From a virus (taxonomy: Duplodnaviria > Caudoviricetes): DNA of 37,118 nucleotides. The stretch covers positions 1 through 37,118 of the IMG/VR virus record IMGVR_UViG_3300005805_000219. One strand, written 5' to 3'. The notes under the pieces were generated by a model, which was not told the origin of the DNA, did not search any database, and saw nothing but the letters and a program-made list of their open reading frames with translations. A program made the position numbers and the translations under genes. Every line of letters starts with the position of its first letter. The first letter of the stretch is position 1. Shown here one piece after another: positions 11,340 through 20,963 of the stretch.

Positions 11340-12902
11340 TCATACTTGTATCGAGAAATACCTGGCAACAGGTTCTTTAGGTTGCGGAGGTTGTGTTGCT
11401 CGGTCATAACCAAAGATAGAAGCAACTGCAGCATCTACTTTTCTTCTAGATGAAGCTTTGGCAACCATTACCCCTCTTGATGATTGCTTAGTTACGCAGT
11501 TAGCCACATGTCGAGATAGACGTTCATCTCCATCATGAGTAAATGACTGATTGACTACAGCTTCATAGAACTTTTGTGTTGCAGGAACCATACGTTCAGC
11601 AGAGTTTGGATATGAAACGCATGGTAAACCATCTTCATCTAGTACCATAAAGGTTCTATTCCATCGTGCAGGATCAAAAACAATTTCTTTTACGTTAAAT
11701 CTACCATCTCTGCACGTGTCTATAATGGTCTTTTCGACCTCTGCAACAGGTACATGCCACGATTGATCTGCATCAAGTGGTCTTTCCCATATGCCAACTA
11801 CCATTAAATGTGGTTTTTCAGAGCCTACAAGCCACGCAATTAGTGCTGTAGAGTCGTTAGAAAAGGCTCCATCGAATGCGAGAATGACGTCTTCACCTTG
11901 CATTGGCACTCTGTCCTTGTCGACCAATGCGTCCCAGCTTCCGGTAGGGAGCCAAGCAGTAGCTGTTGAAACAAAGCAGTTAGTTCGCTTAGTTCGAAAT
12001 TCTGCTTCTGGTGTTCTAAGCACCGAAGACTCAAAATCTTCAGAGTCGACAATGTCGTTAAAACCTGGGTTTGATTCTTCCCACATGAATCGTTCTCGAT
12101 GATCTGCCTCGACATTCTTTGGTTCCCACCAAGCAAAGAAAAACGATGGATCTTCTAATTCACCTTTAACTAGTTGCTGTCCGTATTGGTAAAGCGAATA
12201 ACACAAAGAATCTTGGCCATCAGTTTGTGTTTTAACACCAGCCGTAGTAATACCAAACAACAAAGAATCAGATCTTGCGCCTCCGGCAAGAGACATTACA
12301 TCCCAAAGTTCACGATTTGGCTGCGCATGAACTTCATCGAAGATCACAAGAGGTGACGGATTGAGACCTTCTTTTGTGTAAGCCTCTGCCGAGAGGACTT
12401 TATAGACAGAACCTGTATCTTTATACTCGATTGCATCGCGGTAAAGAGTAAACATTTTAGACAGTTCTTCGTCTAATTCAACCATTCGCTTAGCAGTTCC
12501 AAACACAATTCGTGCTTGTTCTCGATCTGCTGCACAAGAATAAATCTCAGAACCTTGTCCACCTAATGTCAAACCAGCTAAACCGACAGAAGCACCAAGA
12601 GCAGACTTACCATTTTTACGAGCCATGCCGATTAGTGCAATGCGATGCTTAAATCTGCCGTTCTCTTTTCGAGCCAATGCATGGTTCAAAAGATTTTCTT
12701 GCCAATGACGCAAGCGGATCAATTCGCCTGCTTGTCCGCCTAATGAATCTTTAGTAACGCGACAAACTGTTTCGGCAAACTGCTTGAAGATCGGACCATC
12801 GCCTCTTAGTTGATCTTCTTCAGAGACAGGTGTAAGCCATTTAGGTGGCCAAGAATTATTTGGCTCGTTTGGTTGCAATGAGTTGTTCGAGAGCTGTGAC
12901 AC
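11340..12902 (-). CDS. terL: Terminase large subunit
   Basis: Walker A MARKNGKS, Walker B VIFDEVH, ITTAG, nuclease FDGAFSND and KVDAAVA. Confidence 0.95.
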   Translation of the reverse strand: MSQLSNNSLQPNEPNNSWPPKWLTPVSEEDQLRGDGPIFKQFAETVCRVTKDSLGGQAGELIRLRHWQENLLNHALARKENGRFKHRIALIGMARKNGKSALGASVGLAGLTLGGQGSEIYSCAADREQARIVFGTAKRMVELDEELSKMFTLYRDAIEYKDTGSVYKVLSAEAYTKEGLNPSPLVIFDEVHAQPNRELWDVMSLAGGARSDSLLFGITTAGVKTQTDGQDSLCYSLYQYGQQLVKGELEDPSFFFAWWEPKNVEADHRERFMWEESNPGFNDIVDSEDFESSVLRTPEAEFRTKRTNCFVSTATAWLPTGSWDALVDKDRVPMQGEDVILAFDGAFSNDSTALIAWLVGSEKPHLMVVGIWERPLDADQSWHVPVAEVEKTIIDTCRDGRFNVKEIVFDPARWNRTFMVLDEDGLPCVSYPNSAERMVPATQKFYEAVVNQSFTHDGDERLSRHVANCVTKQSSRGVMVAKASSRRKVDAAVASIFGYDRATQPPQPKEPVARYFSIQV

Positions 12903-13317
12903 GCTTAACCTCCGCTACGCCTAATTGCGAGCGAGATGTAGGTGTAAATCCAAGTGAAGCAAGAGCCTCGTGGAAAGATTTACTTAGTGCAACTACAAGC
13001 CGCCCGTCTTGTGAGTCACGCGTCGTATTATAAATCGTTCTTGCTAAAGCCAAATCATCTGCAACTCGGCAAGCGTGATGGACTTGTGTTAAGTCACTTA
13101 CAGGAGAAAGCCAAGTGATTGCTCGGTCCCAAGCTTTTGCCCAAAGATCTCTACCTTCGAGACCAAGATCCATCGGAGGAGTCGGAATACCATCGGCCAT
13201 CGGCAAGACAGTAATCTTTTGAACATCAGGAAGTTTGCGTCCGCCTGAATCCGTTGTAGGAGTTCGGCCTGTTTTGCGCTTCTGTTCGATAGGTTTGCGT
13301 GGACGACCCGCGGTCAT
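12856..13317 (-). CDS. terS: Terminase small subunit (P27-like)
   Basis: GRPRKP N-terminus and LGFTPTSRSQL C-terminal motif, upstream of TerL. Confidence 0.85.
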   Translation of the reverse strand: MTAGRPRKPIEQKRKTGRTPTTDSGGRKLPDVQKITVLPMADGIPTPPMDLGLEGRDLWAKAWDRAITWLSPVSDLTQVHHACRVADDLALARTIYNTTRDSQDGRLVVALSKSFHEALASLGFTPTSRSQLGVAEVKRVTALEQLIATKRAK

Positions 13318-13320
13318 CAA

Positions 13321-13463
13321 ATTCCTCCAGTTTGGTCAAATCAATAATTTTGATACTTTGCACGCACCCATGGTCGCGGGGTATCCAGCGCGGTTTGTGC
13401 ATGAAGATTTAGGCCATACCATACTACCCGTTGGCCATCTCTATGATTTATGATAACAAATTG
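13321..13463. other. Candidate cos/packaging site region
   Basis: Non-coding GC-rich gap between HNH and terS, the usual cos location in HK97-like phages. The exact site is not identifiable. Confidence 0.35.
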
Positions 13464-13775
13464 TTATACAGGACTGGATGAACCTTTGCTGCTGTTGCAC
13501 CTTCTACATAGAACTTGCAGATTGGATTCGACTGTGAGACCACCGCTCGATAAAGGAATCACATGATCCACAGTCAAATCGTTGGTTGCTTTACAAATAG
13601 AACAATAAGGTTGCATTAGTCTTAGTTGTCTTGATAACCTTTTCCAATTTGCATCGTAACCCCTATCAGCACGTGAAGGACGAGAGGTTGCTTTAAACTT
13701 CTGATACTTCTTATTGCAGATAGGACATCTAGGTTTGTTTGCTAACACACCACAATCTAAGCATGGTTTATTCAT
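13464..13775 (-). CDS. HNH endonuclease (terminase-associated, HK97 gp74-like)
   Basis: RGYDANW, TVDHVIPLSSGG, NLQVLCRRCNSSKG. Confidence 0.9.
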   Translation of the reverse strand: MNKPCLDCGVLANKPRCPICNKKYQKFKATSRPSRADRGYDANWKRLSRQLRLMQPYCSICKATNDLTVDHVIPLSSGGLTVESNLQVLCRRCNSSKGSSSPV

Positions 13776-13829
13776 TAGCGTCCGATTTTTTAGATAGCTG
13801 TAGTTCGGTAATCCCTATTATAAATTACA

Positions 13830-14444
13830 TCACTGTGATTGTACAGAGGTTTCTACCATGAGTTTAGCCAATCTTGACCACTGCTCATATGCCCATTGAT
13901 GTGTCTTATCGTGTATACAATGGACATCACCATTAGGTTCTAATCTTAAACTACCAATGCAGTCTTGTACAGGACACTGAACAGGCTTAGGTGGTTTTCT
14001 TTCACCATAGATAATACTTCTTAATGTTGTCCATGGTTCTCTAATCTCATTGTAGTAATCAGTCCACAATTCACCATCAGCTATCCAATCATTATGCGTA
14101 TCTAATACACGATGCAACATATGCAGTTTGTTTATCTCCTTTGTAGATCTTAGGCAATTAGTGTCCAACTTTCTTGTTTCTACCACATACTCACACCATG
14201 CTTGAAGAACACTTTGAACACCTGTTTTAGCAATAAGATCTACAATCTGGATATTTATTACTGATCTATCAGATAATGAACCTCGACCTTCTTGTTTAGA
14301 AGATACCTGTTGTCTAAGGGAAGGATTAGCAATGAGAAGATCTATGAATGCAACTAACTCATTCAGCATTTTTTTTAATCTTCTTCTGCAATGTGGACAA
14401 GCACCTTTCTCACTTACCCCTCTACAACTAAGGCATTTATCCAT
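13830..14444 (-). CDS. Zinc-binding hypothetical protein (possible late transcription regulator)
   Basis: N- and C-terminal Cys clusters. Last gene before the packaging module. Confidence 0.5.
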   Translation of the reverse strand: MDKCLSCRGVSEKGACPHCRRRLKKMLNELVAFIDLLIANPSLRQQVSSKQEGRGSLSDRSVINIQIVDLIAKTGVQSVLQAWCEYVVETRKLDTNCLRSTKEINKLHMLHRVLDTHNDWIADGELWTDYYNEIREPWTTLRSIIYGERKPPKPVQCPVQDCIGSLRLEPNGDVHCIHDKTHQWAYEQWSRLAKLMVETSVQSQ

Positions 14445-14898
14445 TTTTCTTTCTTAGCCTTTCCATTAACAATTTAACTTCTTCTGGTGGACCTGACCTC
14501 TGATGATTATTGATGGTTATATGATGATTAGGGTGGCCACCAGCTTGACCTCTACCGCTGGCCATAGCTGTGACCTCAGCCGCAGGACGTTCAGTGTCGT
14601 CATTATGCGTGGACAGGACATCAGTGACCTGCGGCTTTTTGTATAACAATCTGTAACGATTATTAGAAATACCTGCTCTGGAATGCTGTTCTATAAACAA
14701 ATAGTTATCAGCAATCATCTGATGAATGATTCTACGGATTTGTCTCACGCTGATCTTGCACTTATCTGCCAAATACTGTTGACTTGGCCAACAAATACCT
14801 TGGTCATCACAATGATCTGCCAATGCTAAATGGACAATCAAAGCATTGCCATTGTAGGGAGAGTTTTCCCACACATAGGTCATAGCTTTAACTGACAT
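14437..14898 (-). CDS. Winged-HTH replication initiator-like protein
   Basis: LALADHCDDQGICWPSQQYLADKCKISVRQIRR resembles the HTH_36-type N-terminus of phage replisome organisers. Confidence 0.75.
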   Translation of the reverse strand: MSVKAMTYVWENSPYNGNALIVHLALADHCDDQGICWPSQQYLADKCKISVRQIRRIIHQMIADNYLFIEQHSRAGISNNRYRLLYKKPQVTDVLSTHNDDTERPAAEVTAMASGRGQAGGHPNHHITINNHQRSGPPEEVKLLMERLRKKNG

Positions 14899-15296
14899 TA
14901 GAACACCGCTTCTGTAGGATCCCAAGCAACTGGATCTGGATTCTTAGATCTTGGAGTGCCATGATATTTTTGTACAACGATTTGCTTTGCAATAGTATCA
15001 ACCAGGACCTCATATGACGAGCGCTTATTTCCGTCTTTGTCAATCCATGTCGTTTGCTTAATTGTTCCTGTAATGGTTACCAGATCGCCTCGTTTGATGT
15101 TATCTACAAGAGCCTCGGCGTAACCACCAAACGCTTTGCATTCCCACCAACTTGTATCTGCATCTACCCATTCTTCATTAACTTTCTTGCGGGTGTTGGA
15201 CACAACGCTAAATGGAACATATGCTTTACCTTGTTGAGTAAACTTTATGTCCATATCTTTGCCGATGCGGCCTTTGATTGTTATTGCTGCACTCAT
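14898..15296 (-). CDS. ssb: Single-stranded DNA-binding protein
   Basis: OB-fold: IKFTQQGKA, WVDADTSWWECKAFG, GDLVTITG, acidic C-terminal tail. Confidence 0.9.
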   Translation of the reverse strand: MSAAITIKGRIGKDMDIKFTQQGKAYVPFSVVSNTRKKVNEEWVDADTSWWECKAFGGYAEALVDNIKRGDLVTITGTIKQTTWIDKDGNKRSSYEVLVDTIAKQIVVQKYHGTPRSKNPDPVAWDPTEAVF

Positions 15297-15571
15297 TTTT
15301 GCTCCTTTATTTGTCGGACTAGATCTTTAATGTCTTTATTTTTCATGCCACCCCATACTCCATAAACAGGCCAGTTTTTTATTGCATAACCTAAGCATGG
15401 CATTTGAACTGGACAGTCTTTGCATATGCTCAGCGCTGCTCTTTGTTCTAAATTAGTCGGATGCTCACTGTCAGGAAAAAACCAATCAGGATCTATACTC
15501 GGATCCGTACAATTAGCGTTTTTAGTCCATTCAGCCGCTTCGACTTTGAAATCTAAATCTCGAATTGTCAC
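15293..15571 (-). CDS. whiB: WhiB-family Fe-S transcription factor
   Basis: C...DWFFP...CKDCPVQMPC...YGVWGG signature. Indicates an actinobacterial host. Confidence 0.92.
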   Translation of the reverse strand: MTIRDLDFKVEAAEWTKNANCTDPSIDPDWFFPDSEHPTNLEQRAALSICKDCPVQMPCLGYAIKNWPVYGVWGGMKNKDIKDLVRQIKEQK

Positions 15572-15906
15572 AAGTAACCTGCTTCTTTCAGTAGTTGTAT
15601 CATTACGCTTACTGGAACACAAGCTGGCCAATTTTCTATATCGGCTTCACCCTGTCCATTCTGTCTTAAAACAGCGATGGGGATGACGCCTTCTTTGATT
15701 CGTTTTGCCTGTTGTTTCATTGCTGATTTTGGATCAAAGTCTGCTCTAGCCTTCAATTCCCAATCAACTCCGATAACTCCTTTTATATCTGTGCCTGCAG
15801 CTGAAGAACTGCTTGCTTCAGCATAAATCCAACCTTCTCGTTTCAAGTACTCAGCAAAGATCAGTTCGGTCTCTCGCCCTCTTCGTTTTCTAGACAGATT
15901 GGTCAT
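15568..15906 (-). CDS. Holliday junction resolvase-like PD-(D/E)xK nuclease
   Basis: RKRRGRETE...GTDI...WELKAR pattern. Confidence 0.7.
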   Translation of the reverse strand: MTNLSRKRRGRETELIFAEYLKREGWIYAEASSSSAAGTDIKGVIGVDWELKARADFDPKSAMKQQAKRIKEGVIPIAVLRQNGQGEADIENWPACVPVSVMIQLLKEAGYL

Positions 15907-16067
15907 TGTTTTCCTCCCCAACCGTCACCTTTGAAAATAGCGGGTACAGCGGTAAAAACTTTCTGCATAACTTCTCCACAATCACATCGAGGACCGTGCT
16001 CTGAGACGGAATGACTGACTTCGACTGTGATTCCACATTGTTGGCATTTGTAGTCATAAGTTGGCAT
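15903..16067 (-). CDS. FmdB-family zinc ribbon protein, 54 aa (not in ORF track)
   Basis: MPTYDYKCQQCG...CDCGEVMQKVFTAVPAIFKGDGW. Confidence 0.85.
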   Translation of the reverse strand: MPTYDYKCQQCGITVEVSHSVSEHGPRCDCGEVMQKVFTAVPAIFKGDGWGGKQ

Positions 16068-16333
16068 CATTTATCCCAGGAATTCTTAAGCCAACCTGTT
16101 CGAGTGGCTTCTGCAGGATTTGTTGTAATCCAAAAATGACATGCATGACAAAGAGCTCTACAATTGTTAATGTCCAAAATAGATCCTCCTCTAGCTCTAC
16201 TTAGAACTTCATGAACTTCTTCTGAAGCCTTTGCATTACATCTCTGGCACATTGGATATTGCTCAAGCATATATGCAACTAATTTACGCCGTTCCACATA
16301 CTTTTTTGTCATTTTTTTGCTTCGTGCTCTCAT
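16067..16333 (-). CDS. HNH-like endonuclease
   Basis: CQRC...EVHEVLSRARGGSILDINNCRALCHACH. Confidence 0.75.
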   Translation of the reverse strand: MRARSKKMTKKYVERRKLVAYMLEQYPMCQRCNAKASEEVHEVLSRARGGSILDINNCRALCHACHFWITTNPAEATRTGWLKNSWDK

Positions 16334-16683
16334 GTGTATTGACCAACACCTTCTGCGCTAAATTGTTGTCTAATTGCAGCTGACAGTGATTGTCCAATAG
16401 AGATTTGAGATCTTAAAGTATTGATTCGTTCTTTAATTGCCCTTACTTCTGCTTCTGCAATTTCCATCGCTAAACGTAAATCAGCACAAGCAAGAATCGC
16501 TTCTTGTCGCCTTACATCCATGGATCCATTTGATTGTAGAAAGGATCTTGCATATGCAACTTCGTAAGAACCTTTTGCTTTAACTGCTTTGTCATCACAA
16601 ACAGCAATTTCTTCAGTTGCAGCATCAAGCATACGAGAAAGTTCACTAAGTCGCTTTACAACTTCTGTTTGATTAGGCAACAC
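16330..16683 (-). CDS. Coiled-coil hypothetical protein
   Basis: 117 aa helical ORF translationally coupled to its neighbours. Confidence 0.6.
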   Translation of the reverse strand: MLPNQTEVVKRLSELSRMLDAATEEIAVCDDKAVKAKGSYEVAYARSFLQSNGSMDVRRQEAILACADLRLAMEIAEAEVRAIKERINTLRSQISIGQSLSAAIRQQFSAEGVGQYT

Positions 16684-16807
16684 GGCGTTTGCCTTTCTGT
16701 TTTGCTTTGCAATCGTTGCAAAAATGAGGATTACCCATGAGTTTATCTAATGCGTATAAATAAGTCCATGCCCCACATGCTTCACATCTAGCAACTGGTT
16801 CAGTCAT
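16673..16807 (-). CDS. Small zinc-finger protein, 44 aa (not in ORF track)
   Basis: MTEPVARCEACG...FCNDCK. Fills the gap between adjacent genes. Confidence 0.6.
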   Translation of the reverse strand: MTEPVARCEACGAWTYLYALDKLMGNPHFCNDCKAKQKGKRRVA

Positions 16808-17609
16808 TGATTTTACCTGCCAAGAATCTTTCGAAACGAGTCAATTGATCTGGTATGTTGCCTTTGAGAATAGATCTTGCGGTATGACTGATTTCACCAA
16901 TGCTATTTCCGGTCCACATAGGCTCGTAATCTTTGAATGAGCCATTAAAGTAGGCTTTAATCCATTGTGCTTGAGGTATGTGTTCATCATAAATGTGTAA
17001 ACTACCTACAACATGCACATATTGACCCATTTCAATGTCTAAAGCTTTTGCAATTGCACCTTGTAGAGCAATAAATTGTGTTAAATCATATGGAAGACCT
17101 AAAAATACGTCGTTGCTTCTCATATTAGTTCTAGCAATCAATTTGTTATCTCTGATAAAATATTGCAAGTTCAAGGTACATGGAACATCTTTAACATCAA
17201 CGTTAAGATCTTTATTTGAGTCAAATATAGTCAAAACAGCTTGTCTGGTTGAATAGTCTTTTTTCAATTGCTCAACAAGTTTATTTAGATTACCGTGAAT
17301 TCGTGGACCATAAGCGCCATGGAGAATGCCACCATCCATGTACTTTCCAAACACTTGACTTGTATCTGTCATTGCTTCTGGATCAGTAACTTGTCCAACT
17401 AGTTGTAATGCTTCTTTAATGCCAATATTATGGTTTAGTTTACGGTTTTCCATAGACACAGGTATGTTCCATGGCTTTTCAACCTGTAAAGTAACATTTA
17501 GAAGCTCTCTGGTAACCATTCCACGAGGTGAAATTGCCTCACCATGTTCAATCACATATTGAGTTGCAAGTTCTAAAGCTTCACTTGGATTTTCTGTAAT
17601 TATATGCAT
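16800..17609 (-). CDS. Thymidylate synthase-superfamily enzyme, probably dCMP (hydroxy)methylase
   Basis: GAYGPRI, TRQAV, catalytic DVPCT, MRSNDVFLGLPYD (Asp where ThyA has Asn), GSLHIY. Confidence 0.85.
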   Translation of the reverse strand: MHIITENPSEALELATQYVIEHGEAISPRGMVTRELLNVTLQVEKPWNIPVSMENRKLNHNIGIKEALQLVGQVTDPEAMTDTSQVFGKYMDGGILHGAYGPRIHGNLNKLVEQLKKDYSTRQAVLTIFDSNKDLNVDVKDVPCTLNLQYFIRDNKLIARTNMRSNDVFLGLPYDLTQFIALQGAIAKALDIEMGQYVHVVGSLHIYDEHIPQAQWIKAYFNGSFKDYEPMWTGNSIGEISHTARSILKGNIPDQLTRFERFLAGKIND

Positions 17610-18052
17610 TACCTAACCACCTCACTATGGATTATTTTTTTGTCTAAATATCGAACTTGTCTAAATGCTTCTACAAATAAAGATCTAGAATGCAAAACAA
17701 AATCTATTTGCATTTCTTCGCCTCTTCTTAATAATTCTTCAGCAATTGCATCTTCAGATCTTGTAAGTAGGATTAGTCTAGCACCTAACTTAGCAAGTTC
17801 CCAATTACAATAGTCAAATGTCGTTTCATCAAATAGTGATTGTCGACCGTATATTTTAGGCCATACAACTTCACCTAAATGCCAACGATCTAAAATCATA
17901 TTTGGTGAGGTAATTGGTCGGATATATTCATCAGACCATAACCTTGTTTTTGGTTGTTCAGCATGTAAATATTTTGCATTAAATCGTTCAGATAATTTTT
18001 GAGCATAAGTAGTTTTACCTGTACCATCTGCGCCTTCGATAATGGTAATCAT
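17609..18052 (-). CDS. Deoxynucleoside monophosphate kinase (dTMP kinase-like)
   Basis: P-loop EGADGTGKTT and ILDRW motif. Confidence 0.85.
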   Translation of the reverse strand: MITIIEGADGTGKTTYAQKLSERFNAKYLHAEQPKTRLWSDEYIRPITSPNMILDRWHLGEVVWPKIYGRQSLFDETTFDYCNWELAKLGARLILLTRSEDAIAEELLRRGEEMQIDFVLHSRSLFVEAFRQVRYLDKKIIHSEVVR

Positions 18053-18936
18053 CTAAACTCACCCCATTCTCTAAAACTATCGACTTGTGAATGGACCATT
18101 GTAACTGGTTTTACGTCACCTGCTACATTCCATACTAAAGTTGATGCTGTTTTAGGTGCTGCTGTTTTGTCCAACATAAATCTTTCTAAACCTTTGCAAT
18201 CATAGGTTGGTGCTGAGTCAATTTCTTCATTGATCTTGTCTGCATAGTCAGCTTTTTCTCTGAAACCTTTATGGTACGTTGCAACGTCCGCTCTTCCGAT
18301 TTCACCTGGATGTAGATTTCTTGCAACTGCGACTCCGTGGAAGATGGCATTTGGCCATGCAATTTGTAAAGTTCTTGTAAGTACTCCTGTACTAATGACT
18401 GATACAACATCTCTTGGTTCATCTCGATCTCCCCATTGTTGGATTGTTGATTTGACTCCAGCTGCGACCACTAATGGATGATCCAATCCAAAAGGTACGA
18501 ATTGAGCATTGTTTTCATTTGCCCAATCTTTTGCGTATTTGTTTAGAACTGGCATTGCTGCGATTCTTCGAAAGATTGGATTTGCTCCTCTTTCAATACA
18601 AACAAGCTGATGGTCACTTACTACTTTTGAGGAAGGCATAAACAATGTTAACTTTTTGTTATATTTCTTTGCAAGTGCGGCTAATGATACTCCTGCCCAA
18701 CCAACTCTAGGTTGGACATATACCAAATGATCTGATTCCATTGTTTTTACTAATAGATCTCCCCACCGGCCTTTTGTACCAACTCCTGTATTTGAATCGT
18801 CCCAAATAGTTGCACCATGGAATGTAGTTATATTTGGTGGTTGAGTTTCATCTGTCCAATCACCCGCAAGATCTAGCCATTCTTCTCTTGATTTGTGTGC
18901 ATACTTGCTTGATGTGTCCGTCGTTATCTTAAACAC
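18049..18936 (-). CDS. PLP-dependent enzyme, fold type II (Trp synthase beta/cysteine synthase-like)
   Basis: GTKGR (putative PLP Lys), GWAGVSLAALAKKY, LFMP, STGVL phosphate loop, YDCK, WNVAG. Confidence 0.7.
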   Translation of the reverse strand: MFKITTDTSSKYAHKSREEWLDLAGDWTDETQPPNITTFHGATIWDDSNTGVGTKGRWGDLLVKTMESDHLVYVQPRVGWAGVSLAALAKKYNKKLTLFMPSSKVVSDHQLVCIERGANPIFRRIAAMPVLNKYAKDWANENNAQFVPFGLDHPLVVAAGVKSTIQQWGDRDEPRDVVSVISTGVLTRTLQIAWPNAIFHGVAVARNLHPGEIGRADVATYHKGFREKADYADKINEEIDSAPTYDCKGLERFMLDKTAAPKTASTLVWNVAGDVKPVTMVHSQVDSFREWGEFR

Positions 18937-19981
18937 CGTGCGCCTCCAAATGTTTGTGGTAAGTCCAATGTTTCGTATGATTTGGTATAAGTGATTTGTT
19001 TGTTACCTGCCAAGGTTTCAAGTACTCATAACCTTTTGGTACATAACATTCAACATATCGGACGTAGTCGCATGCAACATCTTCAAGACTTAAACCTTTG
19101 CCTAGATTTCTTTCATGGTCACGAGAATCATACGGAGATCTAAACTCATTACAAATCTTTTCCATTGCAGCATCTAAAAAGTCTTTTTGCTTATAACCTT
19201 CGTTTTTGAACAATAGATTTAATGCTTCGATTGCATTCTTACCATAATTGACTTGACTCCATGGATCTATTAAATCAGGGAAATATTGTGCAATGTCCAT
19301 AACAAATGCAGTCATTACAAAATGAAAACACTTTAATCCATTTGACCTGTGCCATTCGTTAATCCAATCAACTCCTTCACGAATTGACATTGATAATGGA
19401 TTATAGGATAAATGAGTATAAAAATCTTTTACTAACCGTGGCATATATTCAGAAATGTATAATTGTGAACCACGTGGGTATTGATCCGTTGGTTTTGGAA
19501 ATTGTGGAATCTGATTGCCAATACTAGTAAATATCGGTCTACCTGATCTCATTTCACTCAAAACATAATTCCTCATGTGAATCATATTATCTGCATTTAT
19601 AGCCATATCAGCTAAAATGCTATTTCTAAATCCATGGTCGTAACTGAATGATGCTCCTGATCCGGTAACTCTATGAATCATAAACAAATAAAACCAGTCC
19701 ATTGCATGTAAATTGTAATTGTCAAAACGTTTATCTACTTGCCACTTCTTTGGATTGTTTGATCCGTACCAAATCTGTTGAATTGCATTACTAAATCCGG
19801 CAAACTCACGGTCAACTGTGTCATAAATTGTAATGTGATGTTGTAGCGGATCATCTACATGCAAATCTTCAGTAGTATCACGACCATTTGGACTTGCAAT
19901 GTTGATTGTTTGCAAGACGACGGCTTTATCGTAATATTGCTTAAAGTCTTCCCAATAGATTGTCTCAATAATTTGGGGCAT
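18929..19981 (-). CDS. aGPT-Pplase1/5-hmdU DNA kinase helical-domain-like DNA-modifying enzyme (putative)
   Basis: Motif order IYDTVDRE...FVMD...YGKNAIEAL...LEDVACDYVRY resembles this helical superfamily, and the gene context fits. Confidence 0.5.
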   Translation of the reverse strand: MPQIIETIYWEDFKQYYDKAVVLQTINIASPNGRDTTEDLHVDDPLQHHITIYDTVDREFAGFSNAIQQIWYGSNNPKKWQVDKRFDNYNLHAMDWFYLFMIHRVTGSGASFSYDHGFRNSILADMAINADNMIHMRNYVLSEMRSGRPIFTSIGNQIPQFPKPTDQYPRGSQLYISEYMPRLVKDFYTHLSYNPLSMSIREGVDWINEWHRSNGLKCFHFVMTAFVMDIAQYFPDLIDPWSQVNYGKNAIEALNLLFKNEGYKQKDFLDAAMEKICNEFRSPYDSRDHERNLGKGLSLEDVACDYVRYVECYVPKGYEYLKPWQVTNKSLIPNHTKHWTYHKHLEAHGV

Positions 19982-20963
19982 TTTTCACCAAATCCCATTC
20001 ATAAAACTCTGGAGATAAATGTACGGATCCAGGTTTTTCCATATAAGTTTTAGCATAATCTTCAGGATCTATGATGTACCAATTTGTTGGCCACTCGTGT
20101 ACGTTCTCAAATTGATATTTCATTTCGTTAGTCATAATGCCCATCAGTCTATCTCTTGATGGCCAAGACCCATAAAATGCTGTTCCCTTATAGAATCCAG
20201 TCTTAGGTATTTTTCTTTCTTCATGCTCAATTGGATATGGAGCAGTTACCTCAAAAGTTCCTATTTTTCCTGTTTGTTGTAACCACTCAAGTTGAATTTT
20301 TAGTGTAGTAACTAGTTTTCTTGCCGCTCCTTCTGGATCTAATTGCCGGCATAAATGATGACGAATGTCGACATTGCCTGCATAAATAACTAAATGCGGC
20401 ACAAAATAGTCAGGTAAATATGAACTGACTCCTCGTTCAGTTAATCCGTGAAGTGTCAAACCGTCATGGCGATAAACAACAGTGTTTGCTCTATATCTAG
20501 AAATTGAATGTGAGTCACCAATAACTACTCGTTGAATATCTAAAACTAGATCTTCATGCTTAATTACTTCACATTTCATTAGATCACGAATCTTAGACCA
20601 TTCTGATTCAGTAAAATCAAAATCAGTTTTTGCAGCACGTGGACGCAAGATTCTTTCAATGTCTCCAATTGGCATGTCCAAAGCTTTGATATTTACAAGA
20701 TCCATATCCAATACTCTGGCAATTCTATCTCTTGTTTCTCTAGTATAACCACCAAATAGATTAAAAACTTCACCTTTGAACTCCATTGGCGTTGATACTA
20801 ACCATGTGCCTTCTTTGACAAGTTCGTCATTATTAAAAGCAATTTCAGATTTAGTATTGAAAGCATTGTCGACCATACATTTCTGCATTCTTGGCCAAGC
20901 AGATCTATGACTAGCAATTCGATCTGTAAATGAAGTAACTACATCATCTAGTATGTATCTCAT
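19965..20963 (-). CDS. SGNH-hydrolase-fold protein of unknown function in modification cluster
   Basis: VVIGDSHS (block I), YAGNVD (block III), GSVHLS (block V). Confidence 0.55.
   Translation of the reverse strand: MRYILDDVVTSFTDRIASHRSAWPRMQKCMVDNAFNTKSEIAFNNDELVKEGTWLVSTPMEFKGEVFNLFGGYTRETRDRIARVLDMDLVNIKALDMPIGDIERILRPRAAKTDFDFTESEWSKIRDLMKCEVIKHEDLVLDIQRVVIGDSHSISRYRANTVVYRHDGLTLHGLTERGVSSYLPDYFVPHLVIYAGNVDIRHHLCRQLDPEGAARKLVTTLKIQLEWLQQTGKIGTFEVTAPYPIEHEERKIPKTGFYKGTAFYGSWPSRDRLMGIMTNEMKYQFENVHEWPTNWYIIDPEDYAKTYMEKPGSVHLSPEFYEWDLVKNAPNY

Noticed and set aside
16800-17609. Annotation as ordinary thyA or dUMP hydroxymethylase
   Set aside because: The specificity residue is Asp rather than Asn, so no gene symbol was given. 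A 5-hmdU route is not fully excluded because a dCMP deaminase is present.
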